Below, in pieces: positions 19,524 through 28,656 of a DNA stretch of 64,000 bases. This stretch comes from Leptospira sp. Its GTDB lineage: Bacteria; Spirochaetota; Leptospiria; Leptospirales; Leptospiraceae. Location of the stretch: the NCBI GenBank assembly GCA_034439575.1, contig JAWXAQ010000012.1:32001-96000 (forward strand), written 5' to 3'. Position 1 is the stretch's first letter. Each line of letters starts with the position of its first letter. The notes under the pieces are model-generated. The model made no database searches and was not told where the DNA came from. It saw nothing but the letters and a program-made list of their open reading frames with translations. The translations under genes and the position numbers were made by a program.

Positions 19524-21152
19524 TTGAATGTTACTACTCTTAAAATTTTTAATTCACTTCTAATAAGTGATAGTTTTTCACCAAACTATGAATTGGTGCA
19601 ATACTGCTCATTTTTCTTTCTATTGAATTTCGTCATATATTTCAATTTTTCAAAAAAAACTGAATTTTTAAAAATAGAATTTCAGTTTCTACGTTTTTTT
19701 ACTAACTCCCTATTTTTACTAGCAGTCGTCAGTATTTTAGAGAAACATTTTGGTGATGCTAAGGTAATTTTAAATTTCTTGATCTTTGTAAGTGAAATTG
19801 TCAAATTTTCAATTGTAATAGCCATAGTTAATGTTATATCAAAATTATCTGACAATCAATTTAGATTTATTTATTATCCATTGAGCCTCATTTCTTTACT
19901 TTCATTTGAATATTTACAAAATGACTTTAAATTTTTAATGATTACATCAGACAATTATCTGCGTTTTGGAATTCCTTTTTCAATGGCTTTGATTACATTT
20001 CATTCATTGCTAATTTATTTGAAAAAAGTTAAAGGGTTCTTTATATTTTCAATCTTTTCATATAATTTAAGTGTTTTATTTTCATATTTATTTTTAATGG
20101 ATAAATTTTATTTAGCCTTCTGTATTGTTAGTTGTTTGTTGCTTATGTTTAATTTTTATTATTTTAATCGTGAAAAGAACTTACAATTCCTTTATCAGCA
20201 AAATCAAATACACGATCTAAAAATTGAAAAACAGGATTTCATTGGCCTTCGGCAAGAATTACAGAGAAGACAAAAAATATTCAGTAGAAAATTACTCTTT
20301 CTCCAAAAGTCATATTCAATTTTCAAAAATAGAGTAGATGAAATATTATCAAAAATTAAAGAGTTAAATCAAAATTTATTAAGTTTTTCTAATGATAATA
20401 TAACCTCGACTGAAAATTTGCTGAGCCAAGATATATCGATACAGAATTTAAAGTATCGTTCCTATTCATTGAAAGAAACTTTAGATGAGATGGTTAAATT
20501 CATTATCGAATTGGATTCGAGAGGAACAAAAGTAAAAGAAGATAGTGCCAAAGTGGCAGTTTCTTCAAAAAACATTGATGATTCCATGAGTTCTATTTAT
20601 AATTCTTTTAAAAATATGCATAATATAATCAATGTTATGTCAGAAATTGCATCCAAAACTAATTTGTTATCTGTAAATGCATCCATTGAAGCTGCTCGCG
20701 CTGGAGACTATGGACTCGGGTTTTCTACTGTTGCGACTGAAATTAATAAACTAGCTACATTCTCGAAGCAAAACGTTGGTAAGGTGAACAAGATTATTCA
20801 AGACTCACAATCTACAATTCTCAATGTATCAAGCGCTGTCGAAAATTCTATGGATTTGACAATCTATCAAGAAAGAGAATTGAATAGTTTTATCACAATT
20901 ATTCAAAGGTTAAAAGAGATTAACCAACACCAATCAAGTATTGGCATCGAGTTTTTGGATGAAGTGAATCAATTGAGTTCATTTTCAACGGAGACTGCCA
21001 ATTCTTCAAAATCACAACTTATCTTCAGTCAAGGTGTGATCGAATTAGTAGATACTATCAAAGATATGACAGATAATATTGAAATCCAGACAAATCTTGT
21101 ATCTAAGGAGATTAGTTCTCTAAAGGATGCTGCAGAAAAATTGGCGATATAA
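19524..21152 (+). CDS. methyl-accepting chemotaxis protein with polytopic membrane N-terminus
   Basis: IASKTNLLSVNASIEAARAGDYGLGFSTVATEINKLA signalling-hairpin motif; several TM helices N-terminally. Confidence 0.88.
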   Translation: MNVTTLKIFNSLLISDSFSPNYELVQYCSFFFLLNFVIYFNFSKKTEFLKIEFQFLRFFTNSLFLLAVVSILEKHFGDAKVILNFLIFVSEIVKFSIVIAIVNVISKLSDNQFRFIYYPLSLISLLSFEYLQNDFKFLMITSDNYLRFGIPFSMALITFHSLLIYLKKVKGFFIFSIFSYNLSVLFSYLFLMDKFYLAFCIVSCLLLMFNFYYFNREKNLQFLYQQNQIHDLKIEKQDFIGLRQELQRRQKIFSRKLLFLQKSYSIFKNRVDEILSKIKELNQNLLSFSNDNITSTENLLSQDISIQNLKYRSYSLKETLDEMVKFIIELDSRGTKVKEDSAKVAVSSKNIDDSMSSIYNSFKNMHNIINVMSEIASKTNLLSVNASIEAARAGDYGLGFSTVATEINKLATFSKQNVGKVNKIIQDSQSTILNVSSAVENSMDLTIYQERELNSFITIIQRLKEINQHQSSIGIEFLDEVNQLSSFSTETANSSKSQLIFSQGVIELVDTIKDMTDNIEIQTNLVSKEISSLKDAAEKLAI

Positions 21153-21297
21153 ATAATCTTTGCTAATCCTCTTCGGTCTACATTTTAATTAGATTCATTC
21201 TAAACCAAATTTCGTATCTACAAATCAAAAAAGAAAGACATCAATCATCGTTTCTTTTATCGATGTAATTAATGCCAAGCTGCTTGAATGAGTTTAT

Positions 21298-22437
21298 ATG
21301 ATGTATTTTTCTTTGTTTATTTTTTCAGGTGCCATCGCGAGTTTTACTACTTCTTTGGGGAGCTTATTTAGAGAATCTTCTAAGTTTTTGAAGTATTCGT
21401 CTTCCTTTTTATTTTTATCTATCGGTCTTTACCTGCTAGCAGTTGCTATATGGCTATCACCCATTCGAGATGAATTTATTTCAAGTCAATACTTTCATTT
21501 TCCTTGTGCTTCTACGATTGGCCCTCTACTTTATCTTTATTTACAAACTATTCTTAATGAAAAATGGAAATTCAAAAGAAGACACTTACTTTTGTTTATT
21601 CCCTCTATTGTATTTGTCGCAGAACTAATTCCTTTTTACCTACTTCCGACGGAAGAAAAATTTAGAATTCGTGATGCGATAGACCAAGGAAATACTTTAT
21701 CTGGATTTGCTTATTACTTGAAACTTTCTAGATCATTTATATTTATTCAAAATTTAATTAGTATATTATATTTTTGTTTTCAAACGAGAATTCTTTTTAA
21801 TTTTAAGACATTAAAAAGCCAAAATATTTTAATTCATTTTTATATTTTAACTAGATTCACAATTCTTTCTATTTTCATTTCCCTATTTTTTGAATTATTT
21901 TATCATTTTGATAGTTATCGAGTTTCCGTTATTTCCCTTGGTAGCACGATCACATTGATCGTGTATTATTTACATGTTTTGATCATAAAATTTCCAAATG
22001 GAAATCGCGAATTAACACAAGTTTACTCTAAAATAAAATATGAAAGTTCGAATTTACGAAATCTTGATTCAAAATTATTAATTCTAAAATTAGAAAATTT
22101 AATGTCAGAAGAAAAATTATATAGAGATGAAAATTTAACCATGATAGCGATTGCAGAAAAATTGAATATCAATAAACATCAGTTATCTGAATTATTAAAT
22201 GCTTCGATTGGTGTTAATTTTTATGATTATATAAATAAATATCGAGTCATCGAAGCAAAAAAAATATTAGAAGACTCACCAGAACAAATCATTTTAAGAG
22301 TTGCCTTTGATGTAGGATTTAAATCGCAGTCAACTTTTTATACAGCTTTTAAGAAAGTATTTAAAATGACACCTGCTGATTATAAAAATAATTTTCACAA
22401 ACACAACATTAAACCTTCTAAAATTTCATTAAAGTAG
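21298..22437 (+). CDS. membrane-anchored AraC-family regulator
   Basis: TM domain with IGPLLYLY; KYESSNL; HQLSELLN...VAFDVGFKSQSTFYTAF. Confidence 0.92.
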   Translation: MMYFSLFIFSGAIASFTTSLGSLFRESSKFLKYSSSFLFLSIGLYLLAVAIWLSPIRDEFISSQYFHFPCASTIGPLLYLYLQTILNEKWKFKRRHLLLFIPSIVFVAELIPFYLLPTEEKFRIRDAIDQGNTLSGFAYYLKLSRSFIFIQNLISILYFCFQTRILFNFKTLKSQNILIHFYILTRFTILSIFISLFFELFYHFDSYRVSVISLGSTITLIVYYLHVLIIKFPNGNRELTQVYSKIKYESSNLRNLDSKLLILKLENLMSEEKLYRDENLTMIAIAEKLNINKHQLSELLNASIGVNFYDYINKYRVIEAKKILEDSPEQIILRVAFDVGFKSQSTFYTAFKKVFKMTPADYKNNFHKHNIKPSKISLK

Positions 22438-22470
22438 ATTGATATATAAATATAGTAGTTCACTTTTGAT

Positions 22471-23001
22471 TTATCTCGCTTTATTCCGGAAATAGGGATG
22501 GGCTAGGATTATGTGAATTATGGCTACAATTATGGCTCCCGGAAGAAGGTTAATGGCTATAAAATAATAATTAGGCGATGAAGATAAAATTTGAGTCTCA
22601 TTCCAATTAAATGCCTCTTTCGGTTTTATTATAAGATATAATAGTAACATGGATGTATGCAAAGATGTTAATACAACATGCAAAATATATTCTATTGAAC
22701 TTAAACCTCCGAACATAGTTCTCGCTTTTTTTTCTTCCCACATATCAAAACCCTGGATGACTAAATCCAAAATAGCAATAAACAGAACACAAAAGAATAA
22801 AGGTCCTCTTATATCATAAAGAAATAAGCCAATCAGAATCATAGGAAAGATAATGGCTCGAAATGTATGTAATCTATGTTCATAAATAGTTTCTGAGTGG
22901 GAATATAACTTATATTTCCATAAATGTAAGACAATACCATCAAAGAATGCCAATCCGGCAAAACTAACTAAAAAAAACAAATTGATTTCCGCTAAGTTCA
23001 T
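22471..23001 (-). CDS. hypothetical polytopic membrane protein with repeated E-x2-LH motifs
   Basis: About 5 TM helices; DGIVLH...EHRLH and DMWEE...EYILH. Confidence 0.75.
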   Translation of the reverse strand: MNLAEINLFFLVSFAGLAFFDGIVLHLWKYKLYSHSETIYEHRLHTFRAIIFPMILIGLFLYDIRGPLFFCVLFIAILDLVIQGFDMWEEKKARTMFGGLSSIEYILHVVLTSLHTSMLLLYLIIKPKEAFNWNETQILSSSPNYYFIAINLLPGAIIVAIIHIILAHPYFRNKAR

Positions 23002-23010
23002 GTACCCTCA

Positions 23011-23038
23011 ATGTGCACGTATGCATATACATGCACAT
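23011..23038. promoter_or_regulatory. 12-4-12 inverted repeat, putative ArsR/SmtB operator
   Basis: ATGTGCACGTAT-GCAT-ATACATGCACAT (one arm mismatch), 10 bp upstream of the 23001 start and divergent from the ArsR gene; -35-like TTGACT on the minus strand at 23058-23063. Confidence 0.7.
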
Positions 23039-23117
23039 ATTCGCTCTACATAATTTCAGTCAAGTATAAAATGCAAAAAAGATAGACTTTAAAGATTTCC
23101 ACCAAAATAGTAGGGCA

Positions 23118-23513
23118 ATGGTTGTTAAAGTTCGATCAAATAATGAAAAGAAGAAAGAATCCGCAATTGAAGCTTTAGACAAAGTACTAGATTCGAAATT
23201 TTTGACTGCTTTAGCTGAACCCAGTCGGATTGAAGTTTTAAAACAAGTGATTCGATGTGGAAAAGCCGATATCTCTGAGTTGTCCGAAGGTCTATCCATC
23301 GATAGATCGGTAATATCCAGGCATCTCGGAATTTTGGAAGAAGTTGGAATTCTAATTAGAGAAAAACAGGGAAAACATGTTTTCTATCAACTTGATCCTA
23401 TGGGTGCTGTTAATAAATTTAGATTCATGTTGAATGGCATTGAGGAACTAATAACTATTTGTTGTCCTCCCAACTCATCAAGCGGAGGATCCACTCCTAA
23501 AAAAGGATTTTAA
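23118..23513 (+). CDS. ArsR/SmtB family transcriptional repressor
   Basis: ALAEPSRIEVL...DRSVISRHLGILEEVGIL.REKQGKHVFY; C-terminal CC pair. Confidence 0.92.
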   Translation: MVVKVRSNNEKKKESAIEALDKVLDSKFLTALAEPSRIEVLKQVIRCGKADISELSEGLSIDRSVISRHLGILEEVGILIREKQGKHVFYQLDPMGAVNKFRFMLNGIEELITICCPPNSSSGGSTPKKGF

Positions 23514-23848
23514 ATTCATTTCGGATCGGGATCTTTAAATTAAATGAAAGGAAATTTAGAATTCATTTATATTCTTATAAATTTAAATAGATTATGAATT
23601 TGTTGCAGGACTTTAACGTAGAGTATTAAATTAGAAATACTTTTCGATAATATTTTTATTAAAGAATTTACATTATCTTTATTTTCTAAATTAAAAAAAT
23701 TATTTACAGCGTAATTTATTTATATTTTATTTCGACTGCACCATGGTTGATCTATTTCTTGAGAAAGGAAGTAAGGCCAAATCGTCAATGGTCTCGTTTA
23801 TAAAAGAATATAATTGCAAAGATTATCTAAACGGAGAATATTTGAATT

Positions 23849-24176
23849 ATGAAATAGTGAGATTCGGAAAACTTTTTCAAACTATGGCTTTCTTCTTGGA
23901 CTGGGAATCAACGAAATATTTTATTATCATTCTATAGAAAAATTTTCTTTTATTTAGCTCCGGCTGTTAGTTGGGATATCCATAAACATAAAATAATATT
24001 TTCCAAATGAAAAAGTCTTTCTATTGAAATGGAAGGCAATCATTCCTATTTCTAAAGGTGAAATTACCTAGTATGAAATGGATATTGTCGAATTAGAAAA
24101 TGGGGCAATTACGCGAAATGAAGTTTTTTTTATACGCGAAATTTATACTTATCTCGTTGATTCGCAAATTTTTTAA
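23849..24176 (+). pseudogene. degraded SnoaL-like / NTF2-family protein
   Basis: From ATG 23849: MK**DSENFFKLWLSSWTGNQRNILLSFY...YLAPA; after a frame change at about 24000: FPNEKVFLLKWKAIIPISKGEIT*YEMDIVELENGAITRNEVFF. Recognised by eye. Confidence 0.65.
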
Positions 24177-24252
24177 TTTTTTTCTATCTACAATTCAAGT
24201 AATTTCAGAAAACTTTTGATTTATATTGATCAAAGAGCATTCAGAAAAAAAA

Positions 24253-25068
24253 TCATGGCGATAATAATATTTGAGCTAATTGTGTAAATGGCGTTAAACT
24301 GTACGTAACATTAATATTTGATGAAACGCCAACCTGTCTTCGAAATACAGATACGGATTGGGCAGTTGAAAAATTAGCCGTAGTAAAACCAAAGGCATGG
24401 GCGGAGTTCAAACCTCCTGCATCAAATGTAAAATCAGCGGAGACAGAACCTAAATTAATTGCTACCGTGGAACCAGGGTTACCGTCTAAAGAAAAATTTA
24501 AAGTTTGACTATCTCCTACTGTGTTGCCAACGGTTACCCCTGAACCTCCAGAAGGATTTGTGCCAAAACAATAAACAACGACGATGATATTGTAAGCTGG
24601 CATAACTCCGGCAGGCGTAGGAATATTACATACCCGGAATCCGACAGACGGCTGTGATGTGACATTAACGATATATCCTGCGCCTGCAGCCACTTGGTTC
24701 GAAAATGTATGATCACGAACTGCATTTCCAGTTGTAGAAACAGCCACCGATGGCGCTCCATTCAATGAGACTTGGATATTGGCGCTTCCGGCTGCGCCTG
24801 CCATATTATTGACTCGGACGATTATGTTGTAAGAAGGAGTTGTAGCAGATCCTGAGTTTGTCTCACTATTTGTTTGTGCATTTGATATTGTGGCTGAATT
24901 CTCGCTCCCCTCTGTGTTAGTTGAAGAAACTGAAGAACCGCCTCCACTTAATAAAATTCTAGTTAAGTTACCAGCAATTGAATGAGGATCGCCTGGATTT
25001 TCTAAGTTAGTCGGTTTGCAAGATATCAATATAATAACTAATATACAAATTAAATATTTAATAACCAT
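24253..25068 (-). CDS. surface lipoprotein with beta-sandwich (Ig/Calx-beta-like) domains
   Basis: Lipobox ILIS-C-KPTNLENPGDP; Ser/Thr linker; YIVNVTSQP...C...VYC repeat; FTTANFSTAQSVSV. Confidence 0.75.
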   Translation of the reverse strand: MVIKYLICILVIILISCKPTNLENPGDPHSIAGNLTRILLSGGGSSVSSTNTEGSENSATISNAQTNSETNSGSATTPSYNIIVRVNNMAGAAGSANIQVSLNGAPSVAVSTTGNAVRDHTFSNQVAAGAGYIVNVTSQPSVGFRVCNIPTPAGVMPAYNIIVVVYCFGTNPSGGSGVTVGNTVGDSQTLNFSLDGNPGSTVAINLGSVSADFTFDAGGLNSAHAFGFTTANFSTAQSVSVFRRQVGVSSNINVTYSLTPFTQLAQILLSP

Positions 25069-25310
25069 ATTATTATTAATTCAGTTTTCTTTATTCGGAT
25101 AGCTAAATATGGTTCAATTAGTTTCGAAATTGATTTAAATGGCGAATACAAATTTTAAAAATTAAGTATCTATCGCCTAATTCCATATCCTTGTGGGAAT
25201 TTTTTATATCCCATTTTGTATTGCGGGCCAACATAATTTTCATTAGGACATTGTGAATAGGAGATGTATGATATAAATTTAATGCAAATTCCAATTTCAC
25301 AGGCATTTAT

Positions 25311-26363
25311 ATGGTTTGGATATTATTTACTTCTGCATTTTCTATTCTTTTGAGCATCGGAGAGCTGGTTGGATCCTACCGTAATCGTAATCGTTTGTTA
25401 TCTGCTGGAATTTATTTTTGTCTAAGTGCAATTATCTTCTATGTTTGGTGTTTTCTCGAGGGACTACTGTTTACGTATCCCTTTTTTTGTTTTTTTCATA
25501 TCGTATGTTTGATGTTAATGGCGATTTTTTTTTCCAAATGGAGTGATCTGCTTTTAGGAATAGAAAGAACATTTTCTTTGAAAAGAATTCATTTGTATAT
25601 TTTTGTTCTGATGGGATTTTTGCCAGCGCTTTCTATTCCAAATGAAATTAAATTAAAAATACTCTATGCGAGTGAATGGGATACTTATGGAATATTACAA
25701 AGAATTATTTTTGCAATTGGTTTATTCCCGATCTGTTTTTTTTCGATTATAACAAATTTTAAATTTTTTAAAAAATATACCATTTTAGAAATACATAAAA
25801 ATCCAAAAATTCATCATTCAATATTTATCATCATCATAACAAATGTTGTTTGTTGCTTAGGTCTTTTTAATTTCATATTTCCTGGTAAAAAAAGTTTTGT
25901 TCCCTTGACAGTTGCAGTGACATTCATCGTACCCTTGCTTTTTTTTATGGAAAAAATAATTCCTCATTTATTTGTTAAGGATCAAAAATTAGATCCATTA
26001 AAACGGTATTCTAATTCTAAGTTACATTCGTTAAATATAAAAGATTTAGAAGAACAGATAACGAAAGTAATGATATTAGAAAAATTCTTTCTTCATTCAA
26101 ATCTTTCTTTAGGTTTATTTGCAAAAAGAATACATATTTCAACACATCAACTTTCAGAATTTATTAATATCAAATATAATACAAATTTTTCTGGCTTTAT
26201 CAATCGATTCCGCATTATAGAAGCACAAAAAATTCTGAAAAATAATCCAGAATATAACATACTAAGAATTGCATATGATGTCGGATTTGAAAGTAAATCT
26301 ACATTCAATGAAACTTTTTTGAAAATGACTGGAATGACCCCTTCCCAATTCCGCAAAACATAA
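25311..26363 (+). CDS. membrane-anchored AraC-family regulator
   Basis: TM N-terminus; RYSNSKL; HQLSEFIN...IAYDVGFESKSTFNETF...TPSQFR. Confidence 0.9.
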   Translation: MVWILFTSAFSILLSIGELVGSYRNRNRLLSAGIYFCLSAIIFYVWCFLEGLLFTYPFFCFFHIVCLMLMAIFFSKWSDLLLGIERTFSLKRIHLYIFVLMGFLPALSIPNEIKLKILYASEWDTYGILQRIIFAIGLFPICFFSIITNFKFFKKYTILEIHKNPKIHHSIFIIIITNVVCCLGLFNFIFPGKKSFVPLTVAVTFIVPLLFFMEKIIPHLFVKDQKLDPLKRYSNSKLHSLNIKDLEEQITKVMILEKFFLHSNLSLGLFAKRIHISTHQLSEFINIKYNTNFSGFINRFRIIEAQKILKNNPEYNILRIAYDVGFESKSTFNETFLKMTGMTPSQFRKT

Positions 26364-26397
26364 ATTCATCTTAAAATAAAAAATTTGAATAAAAGGA

Positions 26398-26419
26398 GTC
26401 CGGTTCTATAGATTAGGAC
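26398..26419. promoter_or_regulatory. 22-bp palindromic box upstream of the serine hydrolase gene
   Basis: GTCC-GGT-TCTATAGA-TTA-GGAC; extended -10-like TG-A-TATATT at 26439-26447. Confidence 0.6.
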
Positions 26420-26495
26420 GAATACTATTTAGCATTTATGATATATTATCTCATCATACGCCAAAAATAATTTGGTGTAATTGGAGAATGTATCA

Positions 26496-27719
26496 ATGAG
26501 ACAAATACCTTATAAACTGAATACCAAGTTGATTTTAAAAATTAGTTTAGTGCTATCTATATCATTTACGCTATGGTTTTTTAATGATTTAAAACGTCTG
26601 ACAAACGTAATTTATTTATTTGATAAAAACCGAATTGTAAACAATTTTCGAAATATGGATTCTATGTTTGATTCAAGAATCATCAGAAAAAGTACAGAGC
26701 CAAAGTTATTTAAACATGAATTAGTCGAGTTACCTGAATATTTTTTATGGAAAGATAAAAAGTTAAATACTAAGGAATTTTTAAAGGATACTTGGACGAC
26801 AGGGTTACTCATCCTGAAAAATGATAAAATAATTTATGAAAAATATGATTTGGGAAATAATGTAGAATCTAAAACAATCGTTTGGTCTGTAACAAAGTCT
26901 ATTGTTTCTGGTTTGTTGGGCATTGCACTGAAAGAAAAAGGTGTGAATGACTTATCTTTACCGATTACAAAGTTTATCCCTGAATTGAAAAAATCAGGTT
27001 ATGATAAAGTACCAATAATTGATTTACTTCACATGACTTCTGGGATCAGTTTTAACGAAGATTATGGCGATTTTTTTTCTGATATAAATCGTATGGGCAG
27101 AGCTTTGGCATTGAAAACTTCCATGAAAGATTTTGTTTTATCTTTAAAATCAAAAAGACCACCTGGTGAATATCGACATTATGTAAGTATGGACACACAG
27201 GTTTTAGGTATGTTAGTCGAAAATCTTTCTGGAGAAAATCTTTCTGACTATTTAAGTAAAAAAATTTGGGAACCAGCAGGCATGGAGTCGGATGCATATT
27301 GGCTTATAGATAGTGATGGAAAAGAACTTGGATTTGCTATGTTAAATATGACTTTGCGTGATATGGCAAAAATTGGATACATATATTCTAATGAAGGTTA
27401 TATGGATAAAAAGCAAATCATCCCAAGGGAATGGATTTATGATTCGATAAAAACTGACCTCCCGATATTAAAACCTGGGAAAAATCCAAATGCAGATGTT
27501 CCTCTTGGTTACGGTTACCAGTGGTGGATTCCAGAAGAACCTGACGGTGATTTTTTTGCATCTGGTGTTTATTTACAATTTATCTATGTTAACCTTAAGC
27601 ATAAGATTGTCATAGCAAAAACTTCAGCTTATCCAAATTACACCAAAGATGGTTTTTTAAGAGAACAAATGACACATCGATTATTTCAGGAACTTTCCAA
27701 GGAATTAGGAGTAAAATAA
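26496..27719 (+). CDS. beta-lactamase-family serine hydrolase (class C / NylB-like)
   Basis: SxxK motif WSVTKS; LLHMTSG; YVSMDT; GYGYQWW; GGAG RBS before ATG 26496 (track start 26481). Confidence 0.9.
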   Translation: MRQIPYKLNTKLILKISLVLSISFTLWFFNDLKRLTNVIYLFDKNRIVNNFRNMDSMFDSRIIRKSTEPKLFKHELVELPEYFLWKDKKLNTKEFLKDTWTTGLLILKNDKIIYEKYDLGNNVESKTIVWSVTKSIVSGLLGIALKEKGVNDLSLPITKFIPELKKSGYDKVPIIDLLHMTSGISFNEDYGDFFSDINRMGRALALKTSMKDFVLSLKSKRPPGEYRHYVSMDTQVLGMLVENLSGENLSDYLSKKIWEPAGMESDAYWLIDSDGKELGFAMLNMTLRDMAKIGYIYSNEGYMDKKQIIPREWIYDSIKTDLPILKPGKNPNADVPLGYGYQWWIPEEPDGDFFASGVYLQFIYVNLKHKIVIAKTSAYPNYTKDGFLREQMTHRLFQELSKELGVK

Positions 27720-27779
27720 TGAATTGATGTCTTTGGAAAATTCCCTTTACATTAACAAGAACGGTGTTCCTTTTGGTTA

Positions 27780-28619
27780 ATGGCACTTCAGAAAACTATC
27801 TCTCGTACTACAAGTATCGCCGACCTAGATTGGAACCGTCATGTAACTAGTCGCACCTATGAAAGGTTTTGTTATGATGGCAGATTTTCCTTATTGGAAG
27901 ATTTGGGATATTCGGTACATTCTTGTTTGGCGAAAGAAATAGATTATGTATCTGTTGATACCTTTGTACGCTTTCTTGGCCAACAGTTCGCTGAATCTGT
28001 TCTTTCTATCGAAACCAAACTAACTAGGGGAGGCGATGGCCAACTATTTTTTGAACAATTTGTAATTGATAAAGATAATAAAAAGGTATGCGATCTTAAA
28101 GCATCTGCTTTTCTCAAAGATAAGAGTGGGAATGTAATTGTTTTAAATGAAATTCCTCTTAGAGATTCAGATTGGATACCTTCTGAAATAAAAAGCAGAT
28201 TGAAACATCAGGAAGCACTATTGCATGATATTCATATTCCGTTTAGTGACATGAGTTGCTTTTGGAATTTGCCATCTGAATCTATCTGGAAGGTTTTTGA
28301 AGAAGGAAGATTTTTATTTTTTAAAGAAATTGTTGATTTGAATTTAATCAAAGAAACAGACACGACAACTTTCTTTATGGGTGGCGAAATTAAAATTTAT
28401 AAATTGCCTGAACCTGGAGAAAAAATAGTTCTTCATAGCTGGATCGAAGTAGTAGAAAAAATTCGTTTTTATTTTAGACAAGATATAGTTAATACTAATG
28501 GAGAGACTTTAGCAAGTATGAGAGATGAGCAGTTGTTTGTTGCTCTTTCTTCTTCCAGACCCAGGAAAGCCCCACTGGCTTTTATAACGAAAGTAGAAAA
28601 TTACATAGAGAAAAAATGA
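27780..28619 (+). CDS. tandem hot-dog acyl-CoA/ACP thioesterase family protein
   Basis: ADLDWNRHVTSRTY motif in the first half and a degenerate second repeat (FSDMS...FEEGR). Confidence 0.8.
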   Translation: MALQKTISRTTSIADLDWNRHVTSRTYERFCYDGRFSLLEDLGYSVHSCLAKEIDYVSVDTFVRFLGQQFAESVLSIETKLTRGGDGQLFFEQFVIDKDNKKVCDLKASAFLKDKSGNVIVLNEIPLRDSDWIPSEIKSRLKHQEALLHDIHIPFSDMSCFWNLPSESIWKVFEEGRFLFFKEIVDLNLIKETDTTTFFMGGEIKIYKLPEPGEKIVLHSWIEVVEKIRFYFRQDIVNTNGETLASMRDEQLFVALSSSRPRKAPLAFITKVENYIEKK

Positions 28620-28656
28620 ATTTCATTATTATTTTTCTAAATAAGGAGATTCAAAT

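Noticed and set aside
23743-23937. 64-aa tracked ORF as a real gene
   Set aside because: No motif, and it overlaps the SnoaL-like pseudogene, which reads in another frame.
25118-25306. 62-aa minus ORF between the lipoprotein and AraC genes
   Set aside because: Occupies a divergent promoter region, with no motif or RBS; likely spurious.
26496-27719. True antibiotic-resistance beta-lactamase
   Set aside because: SVTK and YVS motifs with no KTG triad fit the broad esterase/amidase (NylB-like) group better.
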